This document shows, piece after piece, positions 46,185 to 56,389 of a stretch of DNA of 56,404 nucleotides. The notes beneath the pieces were generated by a model. It ran no database searches and was not told the origin of the DNA. It was given only the letters and a program-made list of their open reading frames with translations. Source of the DNA: a virus (lineage: Duplodnaviria > Caudoviricetes); the IMG/VR virus record IMGVR_UViG_3300012359_000004, positions 1 to 56,404 of that record. One strand, given 5' to 3'. The position numbers and the translations under genes were made by a program. Position 1 is the stretch's first letter, and each line of letters starts with the position of its first letter.

Positions 46185-49100
46185 GCGACACGCCCCAATC
46201 CATGGCTGCGTAACCGATCAACCACGACCTCCCCAACATCATCGGCAATGTAGTGCCCGATCTCATGCGCGCCAATATGCACATGTACATGGATTTCGCG
46301 CTTACCCTGCGCATTGCCAGAACCGGCAACCGGCGCGGTACTCGAAGCAGGTGCAACATGCATGGCCTGTCCTACTGGACGCATCAAGAGATCAAGGGAT
46401 GCTTGCAAGAGCGGCTGGGATGCGGCAATTCCTTGTGAGATGCCCTTCACCAACGCAGGCCCGTACTCATTCAGATGCGAGAGTTCGCCTTGCTTTGCGG
46501 GCGAACGCGGGAGCCACGAGCCGATGAGACCCGCGAGATTACTCATCGCATTGCTGACATTGCCGAACATGGACGTAATGCCATTGATCACGCCCTGGAT
46601 GATGTTCGCGCCCCAGGATACCGCTTGAGAAGCCAATCCTGAGAAGAAACCCGCGAGTTGCCCTGCTAGCCCCTGTACAGCGCCTATAGCCCGTCCTGGC
46701 AGTTGGGCGAACCAGGAAATAATGGCATTTATCATGTCCGGAATGATCGAATGCCCCACAAGCGCCGCAGATAAGCCCTGGAATATGCCCTTGATGACAG
46801 CGCAGAAACCATCAACGATGCCGGTTACAAGCCCCATAAATGTATTGAAGATGCCTGCAATGATGTTCCATGTGCCCAGGAACATCGTCACCAGGCCCTG
46901 CATAATGTTGTCGATGTCGGTACCGAGCTTCCCGAAGTTGCCCGTAAAGAGATCAACTAGCAACTGAGAAAGCCCGCTCATCACCTGCACGAAGCCACTG
47001 AAAAACTGGATAATGCCCGTAATGATCTGAACCACCCCAGCCAATGCACGCGCAAGGCCGGTAATGATACCCACTGCCAAGGCCAGCACAATCACCAGCA
47101 CGACGCCGAGAGCCTCGCCAAGCATCTTGATTTGCGGCATAATGGGGGTTATGGCCGCGACGATATCGCGCCACGAGTTTTGCAGTTGTTTCCAGATCGG
47201 AAGGAATGTCGAGACAACAAAAGACCCGATTTGCTGAAAGACGGGCTGCAGCTTCACAAATGTATCGTGGACGTTCTTGACCGCCGTGACGAGGGCGTTC
47301 CATATTCCGCCCCAGTCCACTTTAGAAATGACGTTCCATATATTCGTCACAGCCGTTTTGACATTGTTGAAATCAGTGACCAGCGTCTTCCAAACCGTCC
47401 CCCAGTCAATGTGTGACATGAAATCCACAACGTTCTTCACAATCTGGAAAAACTGAGTAAAGGGATTAGACGCCTTATGGACAGCATCAGGTATGCCCGC
47501 GAGGCCCGTTTTTGTTCTATCAAAGGCATCGCTAATTGGCGGTACAAGCGGCGCTACTGCTGCGAGGGCTGTCTTTGTGCGGTCAAAGGCATCAGCAATC
47601 GGCTGGATCAGGGGCGACATGCCCGCTAGAGCCGTTTTTGTCCTATCAAACGCATCATTCACCGGTGATAAGATCGGGGCAAGTTTCTGCACAGGATTGA
47701 AGATTTGATTGAAAGCGTCTCCAAGTTGCCCCAGGATGCCCGCCAGGCCCCTACTACTCGTGACCCAATTCCCGAAGGCTGTAATAATTGGATTAATCTT
47801 ATCCATGATGGACGAGAGGACGGGTAACAGCAACGTCCCGATTTTGATGCCCACAACCTCTAAAGCCGCGCCCGCTTGTGCCATTTTCGTATTGAAATCG
47901 CCCTGCACATTGGCCCACCCAGTAATCGCATTCCCACCCTTTTTCACCGAGTCGGCTATCCCATTCACATTGTCCTGGAAGGTCTTCAGATGCGTCCCCG
48001 TTAGCTCAAGAGCCCCTTGCAGTTGTTTTGTGCCACCAAATATGTTCTTCAAGGCGTCGATATAGGCTGCTGAACCTTCAGGAAATTTCTTCCCTATCGC
48101 ATCCGTGATAAGTTGCATGGCCCCTGGTAGAGACACTTTCATTTCAGAGGCAACTTGCTGTGTCGTCAAGCCAATGGAGTGGAGTGTGGTTGATGCTGCC
48201 TTACTGGGTGCCTCTAAAGAGAGAATGGTTTGTCGCAGGTAGGTAGCGGCAGAGGCCGCATCGGTACCCTCCCCGGTCATGGTTGCAAGCGCCCCTGCGG
48301 TATCCCTGAACGAGACGCCAGCGGCAGCAGATGTAGGGAGGATGGTAGAAAAGGCAGTCGAGAGATCAGCTACATGCGTCTTGCCCTCGCTTACTGCTGC
48401 AATTAATGTATTCGTGGCTTGTGCAGCGGTCAATCCTGTTGCTGCATAATCGGTCATGGCCGTGGTGACACCATTGGCGACATCGGCCAATTGTGCGCCC
48501 CCAACCTTCGCGCCCTCACTCGCGGCGGTCAGCACTTCCAGCCCTTTTGCGCCGTGGAAGCCTGCGGATTCTATTTGATACATTCCGGCAATAAGCGAAC
48601 CCGTCGTTTGCCCCACTTTTGGAGCCAGGGCTAAGATACCATCCCCCACCATCTGGATATTTTTTTGTGCTTCACCCGCGCCAGTAACAAGCGAAGTCAA
48701 ACCTGCCTGGAAATCACCGGCAAGCTTGGCAGAGACACCGGCTATAGCGATGCCAACGACGCCTAAAACAGCAACGACGATAGCAGCGGCAGATACCACG
48801 GCCATAAGCGCATTAGCCACAAAGCCAATGCCCGTCGCAGCAGCCTCTCCAATAGTGCCCATGCCCGCCGTGACATCTGCCCATATGCCTTCTTCCGAGG
48901 CCGCTGCTTCTGTAGCAGCAGTCAATTTCAGTTGGGCCAGCTGTGTCTGGATTTGTGCTTTGCTCAAGGCTTGCGCACTGATCGCTGCACGGTTCTGTGC
49001 TGCTTCAAAACGCGCCATCGCGCTATCACTTTGCAGCATGGCCGCGTTGAGGCGTTCCTGAGAGATCGCTACTTTGTTGGCTTCCATGGCAGCGGCAGAG

Positions 49101-49384
49101 AGGGAAGTGGAAAGGGCATCGGTGGAAACGGTCGCCTCTACTGACGTGGAGGCGTACAGGGCCATTTGGTCATCAAGATAGGTTGTCGCCTCACCGAGAG
49201 ACGTAAAGGAAGCGACGACTGCCCCGGAAGCGTTATCGATGGTCGCAAAGGAAGCATCGACACTGGCGGCCATTTCTGCGGCCACCGGTGTCAGGCTTTC
49301 CACGGCTGCGTTCGCTTGCGCTATGCCCTCCTCAAGTGAGGACATCTCGGCTGCATAACGAACTACCATCTCTTGTACTAACAA
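46181..49384 (-). CDS. tape measure protein
   Basis: 1067 aa, Ala/Gly-rich, TP901-type core, aromatic-spaced repeats, 3x DAFDRTKT. Confidence 0.95.
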   Translation of the reverse strand: MLVQEMVVRYAAEMSSLEEGIAQANAAVESLTPVAAEMAASVDASFATIDNASGAVVASFTSLGEATTYLDDQMALYASTSVEATVSTDALSTSLSAAAMEANKVAISQERLNAAMLQSDSAMARFEAAQNRAAISAQALSKAQIQTQLAQLKLTAATEAAASEEGIWADVTAGMGTIGEAAATGIGFVANALMAVVSAAAIVVAVLGVVGIAIAGVSAKLAGDFQAGLTSLVTGAGEAQKNIQMVGDGILALAPKVGQTTGSLIAGMYQIESAGFHGAKGLEVLTAASEGAKVGGAQLADVANGVTTAMTDYAATGLTAAQATNTLIAAVSEGKTHVADLSTAFSTILPTSAAAGVSFRDTAGALATMTGEGTDAASAATYLRQTILSLEAPSKAASTTLHSIGLTTQQVASEMKVSLPGAMQLITDAIGKKFPEGSAAYIDALKNIFGGTKQLQGALELTGTHLKTFQDNVNGIADSVKKGGNAITGWANVQGDFNTKMAQAGAALEVVGIKIGTLLLPVLSSIMDKINPIITAFGNWVTSSRGLAGILGQLGDAFNQIFNPVQKLAPILSPVNDAFDRTKTALAGMSPLIQPIADAFDRTKTALAAVAPLVPPISDAFDRTKTGLAGIPDAVHKASNPFTQFFQIVKNVVDFMSHIDWGTVWKTLVTDFNNVKTAVTNIWNVISKVDWGGIWNALVTAVKNVHDTFVKLQPVFQQIGSFVVSTFLPIWKQLQNSWRDIVAAITPIMPQIKMLGEALGVVLVIVLALAVGIITGLARALAGVVQIITGIIQFFSGFVQVMSGLSQLLVDLFTGNFGKLGTDIDNIMQGLVTMFLGTWNIIAGIFNTFMGLVTGIVDGFCAVIKGIFQGLSAALVGHSIIPDMINAIISWFAQLPGRAIGAVQGLAGQLAGFFSGLASQAVSWGANIIQGVINGITSMFGNVSNAMSNLAGLIGSWLPRSPAKQGELSHLNEYGPALVKGISQGIAASQPLLQASLDLLMRPVGQAMHVAPASSTAPVAGSGNAQGKREIHVHVHIGAHEIGHYIADDVGEVVVDRLRSHGLGRVA

Positions 49385-49397
49385 CGCCTACCCCTAC

Positions 49398-49596
49398 TTA
49401 CTTATCCTTAGCGGCTGCCTCATCCTCAATCTGGAAGATTGCCGCCCAATCTGAGATTTCATCCGAGCCGATACGCGCAAGCATTTCGCGCACCGTCATT
49501 CCGCCGATGGTTCTGGCGATACGGTGGTAGAGGCCCCGCTCGATCCCTCCACGACCGTCCCCGTCACTGTCGTCACCCCGGAAACTGCTTTTTTTT
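49398..49596 (-). CDS. -1 frameshift extension of tail assembly chaperone (gpGT-like)
   Basis: slippery A8G at 49596-49588; -1 frame reads ..GGMTVREMLARIGSDEISDWAAIF.. to TAA 49398. Confidence 0.85.
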
Positions 49597-50101
49597 CCTC
49601 GATCTGTTCAGGCGTCAATCCTGAAAGTTTCGCGCCCAATTGGCTGATTAATTCCAACACAGCCCCGCCTGATATCTTGTTGAGCGTGTCACGTACAGCC
49701 AGATCAGGCACACCTGCTTGCCGTGGGTCTTCAAATACGAGTTTCCCGGCGCGTGGGTCACTACCTACTTCTTGCATCATGGCCTGGAAGTCAGCAAGAC
49801 GCGGATGAGGGATAGTACGCTTCACATCGTTGCCTTCCTCGTCCATCTCAGTAATCTCCACCGGGTCAAGGACACAATCCACGTCCGGGTAACGCGTGGA
49901 AAGAATAACCAGGTGAGGATACAGCGTCTTCTGATTGACTTTCTTGAGCTTCGTATTGAAATTGGCTTCGATGAGTCCCGCCCGTTCCTCTCCGGTCAAT
50001 TCCTGGATCATCACCCAGGCTTCCCATGCATCCACCCACAAGCCCTTTTTTCGGAGTTTGATGTCACCTGAGAGCACTTTTTGCCGTAGATCGATAGACA
50101 T
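49496..50101 (-). CDS. tail assembly chaperone (gpG-like)
   Basis: position before TMP; V.IQELTGEER; slippery site near 3' end. Confidence 0.85.
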   Translation of the reverse strand: MSIDLRQKVLSGDIKLRKKGLWVDAWEAWVMIQELTGEERAGLIEANFNTKLKKVNQKTLYPHLVILSTRYPDVDCVLDPVEITEMDEEGNDVKRTIPHPRLADFQAMMQEVGSDPRAGKLVFEDPRQAGVPDLAVRDTLNKISGGAVLELISQLGAKLSGLTPEQIEEKKAVSGVTTVTGTVVEGSSGASTTVSPEPSAE

Positions 50102-50131
50102 AGGTTATTATTTCCCTTCAATTCATAACTT

Positions 50132-50779
50132 TTAAACCAAATAGAAGCTTCCGCTAACCTGAAACTCCAAATCTTCCTCTACCAATCCATCCATCGCGGC
50201 CTTGATGCCATCCACTTTCGTGGTTGCGTATGCTTCCATCCGATTGCTACCCGCGACATCAGGCAACAGCGAGAGCACATAGCGCGTAGCAGCAGTGATC
50301 GCCGCCAGAAACGTATTATCTGTATTCCATTTGGTGATTTTGAGCGTCGTCATGTTCGTGGTCGGCAAGAAAGTGCTCCATTTGACCGCCGTCCCGCTCG
50401 TGGTGAAGCTGGTTGTGTCCACCATTTTTGCTGCTGCACTAGGCTCTGCTTTGGTGGCATCGGCCATGGCGCTATAAGGCAGATAGGAACCGGCGTTGAT
50501 GCGTACCTGCGTGCCAGATGCTAAGGCAGGGGTAAATTTGATCTTCGCGCCAACATACTGGATGCTGTAGAGCGTGGGGCTAATTGTCGTCCAGGTCGTC
50601 CCATCGGGTGATGTTTGCACCGTCGTGGCTACGCTGTCATCCAGGTAGCGTTTTGTGGACGTCGGCGTGTAGTTGATATGGTCGCCAGAGTCGGTATATG
50701 CCGCCGGTGAACCTGTACTGATGGTGACACCCACGCCTGTGATGAGTATTTGGGCATTTAAGCCAGCTTTTGCCGTCAT
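50132..50779 (-). CDS. tail tube-like protein 2
   Basis: MTAKAG..VDTTSF..W.TFLP..LEFQVSG pattern with inserted N-terminal domain. Confidence 0.65.
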   Translation of the reverse strand: MTAKAGLNAQILITGVGVTISTGSPAAYTDSGDHINYTPTSTKRYLDDSVATTVQTSPDGTTWTTISPTLYSIQYVGAKIKFTPALASGTQVRINAGSYLPYSAMADATKAEPSAAAKMVDTTSFTTSGTAVKWSTFLPTTNMTTLKITKWNTDNTFLAAITAATRYVLSLLPDVAGSNRMEAYATTKVDGIKAAMDGLVEEDLEFQVSGSFYLV

Positions 50780-50790
50780 TTCTCACCTCT

Positions 50791-51195
50791 TTACGGTGTA
50801 TAGGTGACTGCGCCAGTCGCTTGAAACTCAATAGCCACCGTTTCCGCTGCGCCTACATCGAGCTTTGGGTTGAAGCTCTTGATGTAGCCACTGATACCAA
50901 ATAAACTGGTAGCGGTAACGCCAGTGAGCACCGAGAGCGTGAGCAGTGCGCCAGTAGCCACACTGTTGAAGAAAGCCAGTTGACCGTTGGTATCCGTCAT
51001 ATCCAGGTTGGCCTCTGCTTTCAAGCTAGCATTCGCTAGTCCTGGAATGAATGTCTCGGCATTGGAGCCCGCGTTGCCGGTCATTTTTGTGGTATTGAGT
51101 TGGGCCACGCTGATTGGCAAGTCCATTTTCATGATCTCTGCAACCACGTTGGCTCCGCTCTTAAGCTGAGCTTTATAGCCGGGTGATGCTGCCAT
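50791..51195 (-). CDS. major tail tube protein
   Basis: LNTT..ETFIPGL..D..GQ..IEFQATGAVT. Confidence 0.75.
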   Translation of the reverse strand: MAASPGYKAQLKSGANVVAEIMKMDLPISVAQLNTTKMTGNAGSNAETFIPGLANASLKAEANLDMTDTNGQLAFFNSVATGALLTLSVLTGVTATSLFGISGYIKSFNPKLDVGAAETVAIEFQATGAVTYTP

Positions 51196-51213
51196 AAGTT
51201 AAACCCTTTCTAC

Positions 51214-51648
51214 TTATTCTTGAGTAAAAGCCCTGTACCTGATTGGAATATGTTGTAAACGCCCACGCGCATCCTCATCATTCATCGTCTGTAAGCCATC
51301 GTACATGGTGCTTACAGACTGCTGCGTTGGCAGCGTGAGCGATTGTTGATCGAACAATTGGTTCAAGCGATTGGCGATGAGAAACGCCTGCTGGAAGCCG
51401 CCTTGCCGCGTCCAGATATGTAGCGTCATCGTTGCCTCATAGCCTCGGTGCTGCAGCGCGTTCCACGGAACCTCTGTCACGTCTCCGAGCGTCACATAAT
51501 CGTATGGCTGGTCTTCCGGCACGCCTGCCTGGTCGAATATGCCGGTAAGCCCCAGTGCTGCAAGTCCGGTGTCCAGCGTTCCACCTGGTACCATGACCGC
51601 GTAGAACGCCGTCGGTAGTTCGGCTCCGGCTGTCTGACTTACTGGCAT
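51214..51648 (-). CDS. tail terminator (DUF3168/gp17-like)
   Basis: IFDQAGVP..PYDYVTLG..TLHIWTR. Confidence 0.8.
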   Translation of the reverse strand: MPVSQTAGAELPTAFYAVMVPGGTLDTGLAALGLTGIFDQAGVPEDQPYDYVTLGDVTEVPWNALQHRGYEATMTLHIWTRQGGFQQAFLIANRLNQLFDQQSLTLPTQQSVSTMYDGLQTMNDEDARGRLQHIPIRYRAFTQE

Positions 51649-51651
51649 GGC

Positions 51652-52020
51652 TTACACCTTCATCGCTTCCAACTGGTCAACCATCCACACGCGGTTTTTC
51701 TCGAAAGCGGGAAATAGCGCCGGTCGGGCAGCGACAAAGCTTCCTGATCGGGTGTGATGCCCGAACTCGATAGGCGGCGCGTAGGGCACATCACTGCCGA
51801 CGGTGGAGGCTAAATCCTCTTGCGTAGCCTGATAGGAGCCGCGCAAGCGTCCAGTCTTCACCGCGCCCTGGTCGGTCAGGTTCTTCTGCGTGTCAGTTAC
51901 GGTGTTCTCACCTGTCTGATGGATGATGTCATTGGCCTGCCTGCGCATGTTCGCTGTGGCCTGCCTGAACGCTGCTATGGCTTCATTGCCGCCGGTAATC
52001 GTGACTGAAAAGCTACTCAT
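51652..52020 (-). CDS. HK97 gp10-like neck protein
   Basis: VKTGRLRGS..YAPPIEFGH..ARPALFPA. Confidence 0.9.
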   Translation of the reverse strand: MSSFSVTITGGNEAIAAFRQATANMRRQANDIIHQTGENTVTDTQKNLTDQGAVKTGRLRGSYQATQEDLASTVGSDVPYAPPIEFGHHTRSGSFVAARPALFPAFEKNRVWMVDQLEAMKV

Positions 52021-52424
52021 CAGCTTGCCCCCTGTCCGAGTCGATTCACTTCCACCCGACGCACGATCTCAAAGGACGTCGGGTCAAATGCCGCGGTCAC
52101 CTCGTAGATCGTGGTTGTGCCTGAAGTTGCCGACACAACCTGTAATCGATCGGTATCGAGAACAACCGTCCCTCGTGGGAACAGCATCATTTTGATGGTT
52201 GCGCTTTCCAGAGATCCGCCGAGGACGCGCTCCATACCCATCTTGCGTAGATCGATAATTGCACAAGGCACCGTAGACGATTGCGGTACATAGGTATCCA
52301 CATAGCCGCCTGAAGCATTGCGCACACGGCTCACATTCAAGATCGTGCAGGTGTCCCTGAGTGCAAGGCTTTGCGCCAGTGCAGCAAGGCTGGTAAGGTC
52401 GGCATCTGAAAGCATTGCTGGCAT
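52020..52424 (-). CDS. head closure / head-tail adaptor
   Basis: DTCTI..NASGG..DRLQV..YEV; synteny. Confidence 0.75.
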   Translation of the reverse strand: MPAMLSDADLTSLAALAQSLALRDTCTILNVSRVRNASGGYVDTYVPQSSTVPCAIIDLRKMGMERVLGGSLESATIKMMLFPRGTVVLDTDRLQVVSATSGTTTIYEVTAAFDPTSFEIVRRVEVNRLGQGAS

Positions 52425-52855
52425 CAGCTAAAGTCTCCTAACGTCGGCTCCAAGAAATCGAGTTCCATCCTGCCAAGTTGGAATTGCGGTGTATCCACTG
52501 CAAAGCCAAGTGAGGTGCATTCGACTTTCGCGTCATCCAGCAGTGCCTTGATCTGTTTCGCTGCCTGTGACCTGAAAGCCTGAAGACTCCCCGCAATATT
52601 GGTGTCAAACCTGATGGAAAAGGCTCGTGCAAACCGCTTCAGTGCGTAGTAGTTGAGCAGTGCCAGGTAGCCTACGATCTGCGTTTGAGGGACATCCTGC
52701 GTCAACAGCACGTCCTCTGTGTAGCCTAGCTGCCTGAGTGACATGTCAATGGCAGTCGAGTAACAATCTCCGAGTTGCTGTGGCGTGAAATTGACCTCCA
52801 CGGCAAGCTCGTTGAATTCCTCAGTCAACCAAGTTGTTGCAGCAGATCGTAGCAC
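52424..52855 (-). CDS. head-tail connector
   Basis: synteny after capsid genes. Confidence 0.6.
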   Translation of the reverse strand: MLRSAATTWLTEEFNELAVEVNFTPQQLGDCYSTAIDMSLRQLGYTEDVLLTQDVPQTQIVGYLALLNYYALKRFARAFSIRFDTNIAGSLQAFRSQAAKQIKALLDDAKVECTSLGFAVDTPQFQLGRMELDFLEPTLGDFS

Positions 52856-53080
52856 TTAGCTTTGCTCCTCTTGCCATGCTTTGGGAATGGCCCAGCCAAA
52901 GCGTTTGGCCTTCCTGATCGTGCAAGCCTTGATATCGGCCTGTGCGGACGGTGAAGCCTTGCCGATGAGAGAAGCCACACCGCGCACATCGGAAGAGTCC
53001 AGCACCGGATACGTCCGATTAGGGCCACAGAACGCGCTATCCGGCAATTTGTCACGTTGGGCCTGAGTGAGGGTACTCAA
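52856..53080 (-). CDS. small conserved head-region protein
   Basis: TTG start; QRDKLPDSAFCGPNRTYP motif. Confidence 0.65.
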   Translation of the reverse strand: MSTLTQAQRDKLPDSAFCGPNRTYPVLDSSDVRGVASLIGKASPSAQADIKACTIRKAKRFGWAIPKAWQEEQS

Positions 53081-53084
53081 TGCC

Positions 53085-53339
53085 TTAGTCCTTTTGGTTC
53101 TTATGCGGCACACCGTCAGCATTGACGTAAATTCCGTTTACCTTGTAGCGCCCACCAGCACGCAGCGTACCATCGGCATTCATCACCGCCGGATACTGGG
53201 TTTCTTCGTCCTTCTGCTCTTGCTCAGCAATCCGGGCCGCTTCCGCTATGGCCTTTTGCGTTTGAGACACAGAGTCAAGCACAACGACTTGCTGTGGCTG
53301 CTGATCTGGCGGTGGAGTCTTCGTGGTGTCATCTGCCAT
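53085..53339 (-). CDS. hypothetical protein
   Basis: AGGAG RBS, follows capsid gene. Confidence 0.7.
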   Translation of the reverse strand: MADDTTKTPPPDQQPQQVVVLDSVSQTQKAIAEAARIAEQEQKDEETQYPAVMNADGTLRAGGRYKVNGIYVNADGVPHKNQKD

Positions 53340-53357
53340 GTTTTATCTCCTTTGGGA

Positions 53358-53398
53358 GTGTCCTTTTACCGCTCATACAATCAGTGGTAAAAGGACAC
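53358..53398 (-). terminator. 13-bp hairpin after major capsid gene
   Basis: GTGTCCTTTTACC/GGTAAAAGGACAC. Confidence 0.65.
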
Positions 53399-53412
53399 AT
53401 CAGTCAATCGGT

Positions 53413-54483
53413 TTACAGCGTGGATAGAGCAGGAGCCACGTATGAGCCACCGCCGATGTACAAAACGGCTCCAGCCACGCGATTCCAAACCCCAAAACCG
53501 AATTCACGGCCATATGACCGAGCGCGCAATGGGAAAATCTCACTGTCGAACAGAAGGTTCAAGTCACCACTACCCGCGTTGCGTGTGCGCATCACGACCG
53601 CCCGTTGAGGGGTGTTTACCTGTATGGCCACCATGTAGTTGGCAGGTATCCATGGCTTAACCCAAATTTCACTTGGGCCAAAGATGCCAATAGCCCGGTT
53701 GGTCAGGTTCTCGACATCCAACTTTGTCATATCGGCGTTGGTCGTCTGGATGGTGGGAGTCAAACGAGCATCAAAGTAGGGGTAAAAGCCGGTCAGGGCA
53801 CGCACCGCAGCTTCTTGTGCCTGGTTGATGAGTACCAGTGTTTTGCCGGTCAGAAAGTGCTCAATGACGGTCGTATTCAGTGCCGTGAGGTCAGCAGCAC
53901 TAAACGAAGCCGTTGCGAGATAGTGCGTATGCGTCGAGCCGTTGAAGGTCGTCCCATCCGGAGCTATCGGAATAGCCGCGCCGTCAGCATTGACCAGGGC
54001 CTTGACTGGGAGCTGCACGTGATCTACGCGCCTGTCCTCGAAGGTCACATTGGTGGGCAGCAACAGCGCGGCTTTCAACTGCTTGTGAACGTTCTTCACA
54101 TCGGCGTCCATCATGGCGTCCACCTGGGCCGCCAATTCCGCGCCGGTGGCATTCATGAAGTACACACGCGACCATTGGAGCGAGCCGCCGTAGAACTTCA
54201 TCGGGAAGCCGATCGTTGCGCCTGGGGTGATTTTCTGAGCACCTGGGGTTCCGTACTCATCCAGTTCTTCCATAGCCATGGAGTCCGGGCCACCATACCG
54301 TCTGAGACGGTCAGTGGTCATCTCCACAAAATCAGTCATCGCTTCCTGAAGAAGCGCGCTATGCGTTTTGAGAGCGGCGTCAATGCTTTCAAACGCAACA
54401 TCCTCGCCAATTTCTGCGACTACGTTACTCGCAGCTCGCAGAGAGGCAAGGGTATCAAGAGAGTTTAATGTGCCATAGGGCAT
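53413..54483 (-). CDS. major capsid protein
   Basis: 356 aa after scaffold and decoration genes; followed by hairpin. Confidence 0.85.
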   Translation of the reverse strand: MPYGTLNSLDTLASLRAASNVVAEIGEDVAFESIDAALKTHSALLQEAMTDFVEMTTDRLRRYGGPDSMAMEELDEYGTPGAQKITPGATIGFPMKFYGGSLQWSRVYFMNATGAELAAQVDAMMDADVKNVHKQLKAALLLPTNVTFEDRRVDHVQLPVKALVNADGAAIPIAPDGTTFNGSTHTHYLATASFSAADLTALNTTVIEHFLTGKTLVLINQAQEAAVRALTGFYPYFDARLTPTIQTTNADMTKLDVENLTNRAIGIFGPSEIWVKPWIPANYMVAIQVNTPQRAVVMRTRNAGSGDLNLLFDSEIFPLRARSYGREFGFGVWNRVAGAVLYIGGGSYVAPALSTL

Positions 54484-54503
54484 AGCTTTCTATCCTTCCT
54501 TGC

Positions 54504-54905
54504 CTAATATCGGCTGTTCATCACAAAAATGCGCGTTGCATCGACGGCATAGCCAATAGGCGTGGTGCCACCGGTGGACGCAGCATCAGCAATGCCACCG
54601 ACAACGGTGCCACTGAGGTAGTAGTCCGCGCCTGGGGTAAGGCCAGAGCCGTACTGGAAGACAACATGGTATACAAGCGTGAGGGGTTCTCCGCTGTTGG
54701 CTTTGGTGGGAGCAAAGCCGCGCACTTTGGCGGCGGCATTGGCGGCTGCTCCGGTGGAGCGCCAGATCAGACCGTCATTCTTGACATAACATGCATCGCC
54801 CGCGGCTATCGCCTCTCCTGTAAGCAGGGTTGGCGCTTTCTGGCTGCCTGGATCGATGCCGACAGAGGACACGCTGGGCGTGCCACTCTTGGATATCTCG
54901 GCCAA
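54504..54905 (-). CDS. head decoration/cement protein
   Basis: GEAIAAGDACY..GLTPGADYYL..IGYAV. Confidence 0.75.
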   Translation of the reverse strand: MAEISKSGTPSVSSVGIDPGSQKAPTLLTGEAIAAGDACYVKNDGLIWRSTGAAANAAAKVRGFAPTKANSGEPLTLVYHVVFQYGSGLTPGADYYLSGTVVGGIADAASTGGTTPIGYAVDATRIFVMNSRY

Positions 54906-54973
54906 TGGAATACATCCTTTCCCGCTTGTAAAGAGCGGTCAAAAGGGACAATGTTCAGTTGTTGTTGCGTTGG

Positions 54974-55567
54974 TTACAGACCATAGGAGCGTTGTCTCAC
55001 GAACGCTTGCCTGTTTCTCTGGTCAGCATCGGCTTGCGTGCCTGCGCGATTGGCGGCTGGCGGATTAGGCCGGTTGCCAGGTAACGCAGCGCGTTGCTGC
55101 GTCTGAAGCTTTTCCAAGAGCGGCTGTGAGCGGTCGTACCAATCTTGCAATTGCATGATATCCGCGTCATCGCCAGGGTAGAACGCTTTAATTTCCGCTG
55201 GCCAATCCTTGGTATTTGCCTTGATTTGCTTGCGGATACGCTCGGCCATCTCTTCAAAGCGTGCTGCCTTGGGCTCTAGCTCTTTGGCGCGGGCCTCGTG
55301 CTGCTTCGCTAATTCCTCGAATTGGCCTTGCTTTTTCAAGCGTTCTTGCTCGGCTTCCTGATCTGCTGCTTCCTGGTCTCGGATACGCTTCCGCAAGCCT
55401 TGACTTTCGCGCTTCACTTCGGCAAGTTGACGCTGTAATTCTTCAAGAGAAACAGTGGAGGTCTGTGTGCTCTGATCTGCCTGAGATGCAGAGGTGGCCA
55501 CCTGGGCCTGGGGGTCTGATCCGCTAGCCGCCTGGGCTGCTGGATCAGCGTTGTTTGTTGTTGTCAT
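54974..55567 (-). CDS. capsid scaffolding protein
   Basis: coiled coil, ES..R, QGQFEELA; upstream of capsid genes. Confidence 0.8.
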   Translation of the reverse strand: MTTTNNADPAAQAASGSDPQAQVATSASQADQSTQTSTVSLEELQRQLAEVKRESQGLRKRIRDQEAADQEAEQERLKKQGQFEELAKQHEARAKELEPKAARFEEMAERIRKQIKANTKDWPAEIKAFYPGDDADIMQLQDWYDRSQPLLEKLQTQQRAALPGNRPNPPAANRAGTQADADQRNRQAFVRQRSYGL

Positions 55568-55593
55568 AAGCGTACATGCCTTTCGTTAGGAAG

Positions 55594-56076
55594 TCAATAA
55601 TTTTTCCCCAACAGGTTTACTTGGTTGTGCTCTACGGCGCGTTGGATAGCAACTGCCACGCGGGATACATCTACATCGGTATGAAATGGCTCTGCATACG
55701 CTTCACCAGTGTAACGGTTCAGTTCGTCAAGCACTTCATAGGCGATATCCATGTACCGTCTATCAAAGTCGATGGCAAGATTGGCCTGTGTTGGCTTGCC
55801 TGGAAATTTCGGCATATATTTCTCCGTTCGTTGCCAGCTAGGAACGTTCACAAAGAAGCGTTGGCTATATGTTTCCTCACCGCGCATCGCTGTTACGGTA
55901 TAATGGATTGGAGGCTTGAATATCATCCAACGCTCGTTACTCGCAGCTTCTGCCTCATAATCACGCTCCGATGGGCCAGCCGTGAACTGATACTCTAATT
56001 CGTCCTCATCCCAGCCAAGCTCATGTACCCATTTAATCACTGATGAGGGAAGATACTCTTTCAGTAGCTTACTCAT
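55594..56076 (-). CDS. hypothetical protein
   Basis: start overlaps upstream gene. Confidence 0.65.
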   Translation of the reverse strand: MSKLLKEYLPSSVIKWVHELGWDEDELEYQFTAGPSERDYEAEAASNERWMIFKPPIHYTVTAMRGEETYSQRFFVNVPSWQRTEKYMPKFPGKPTQANLAIDFDRRYMDIAYEVLDELNRYTGEAYAEPFHTDVDVSRVAVAIQRAVEHNQVNLLGKNY

Positions 56077-56389
56077 GGGGCGCTTGCTCAACCGCTGGTA
56101 TCGTCTCGAACGCCGTGATGTTGAGTGACACATCCTCACCCTCTACAATAGCGGTATGTGTCACCGGCTCGCGGTTCTCATCGGCAACCACATTGCCACG
56201 CTCATTTATTTCGTAGTAGGTGATCTCAGCCTTGTTCACCTGTCCAGCATCCAAGTACACCACAATACTTTTGATACCGGTGATCGCCTCGTCAGTGTCA
56301 GCATCTCGAATGGTCACAAGATGCCCTGTTGGGTTGTCGGGCTGTCCTTCGATGTGGACACGACGCTTGAAGTCTGATGTCATATTCAT
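56069..56389 (-). CDS. hypothetical protein
   Basis: AAAGGA RBS; upstream region continues at base 106 on the circle. Confidence 0.7.
   Translation of the reverse strand: MNMTSDFKRRVHIEGQPDNPTGHLVTIRDADTDEAITGIKSIVVYLDAGQVNKAEITYYEINERGNVVADENREPVTHTAIVEGEDVSLNITAFETIPAVEQAPHE

Noticed and set aside
51997-52008. self-target of the IscB-type guide (AATCGTGACTGA also at 13863-13874)
   Set aside because: only 12 nt, and it omits the scaffold-proximal bases of the guide; compatible with chance
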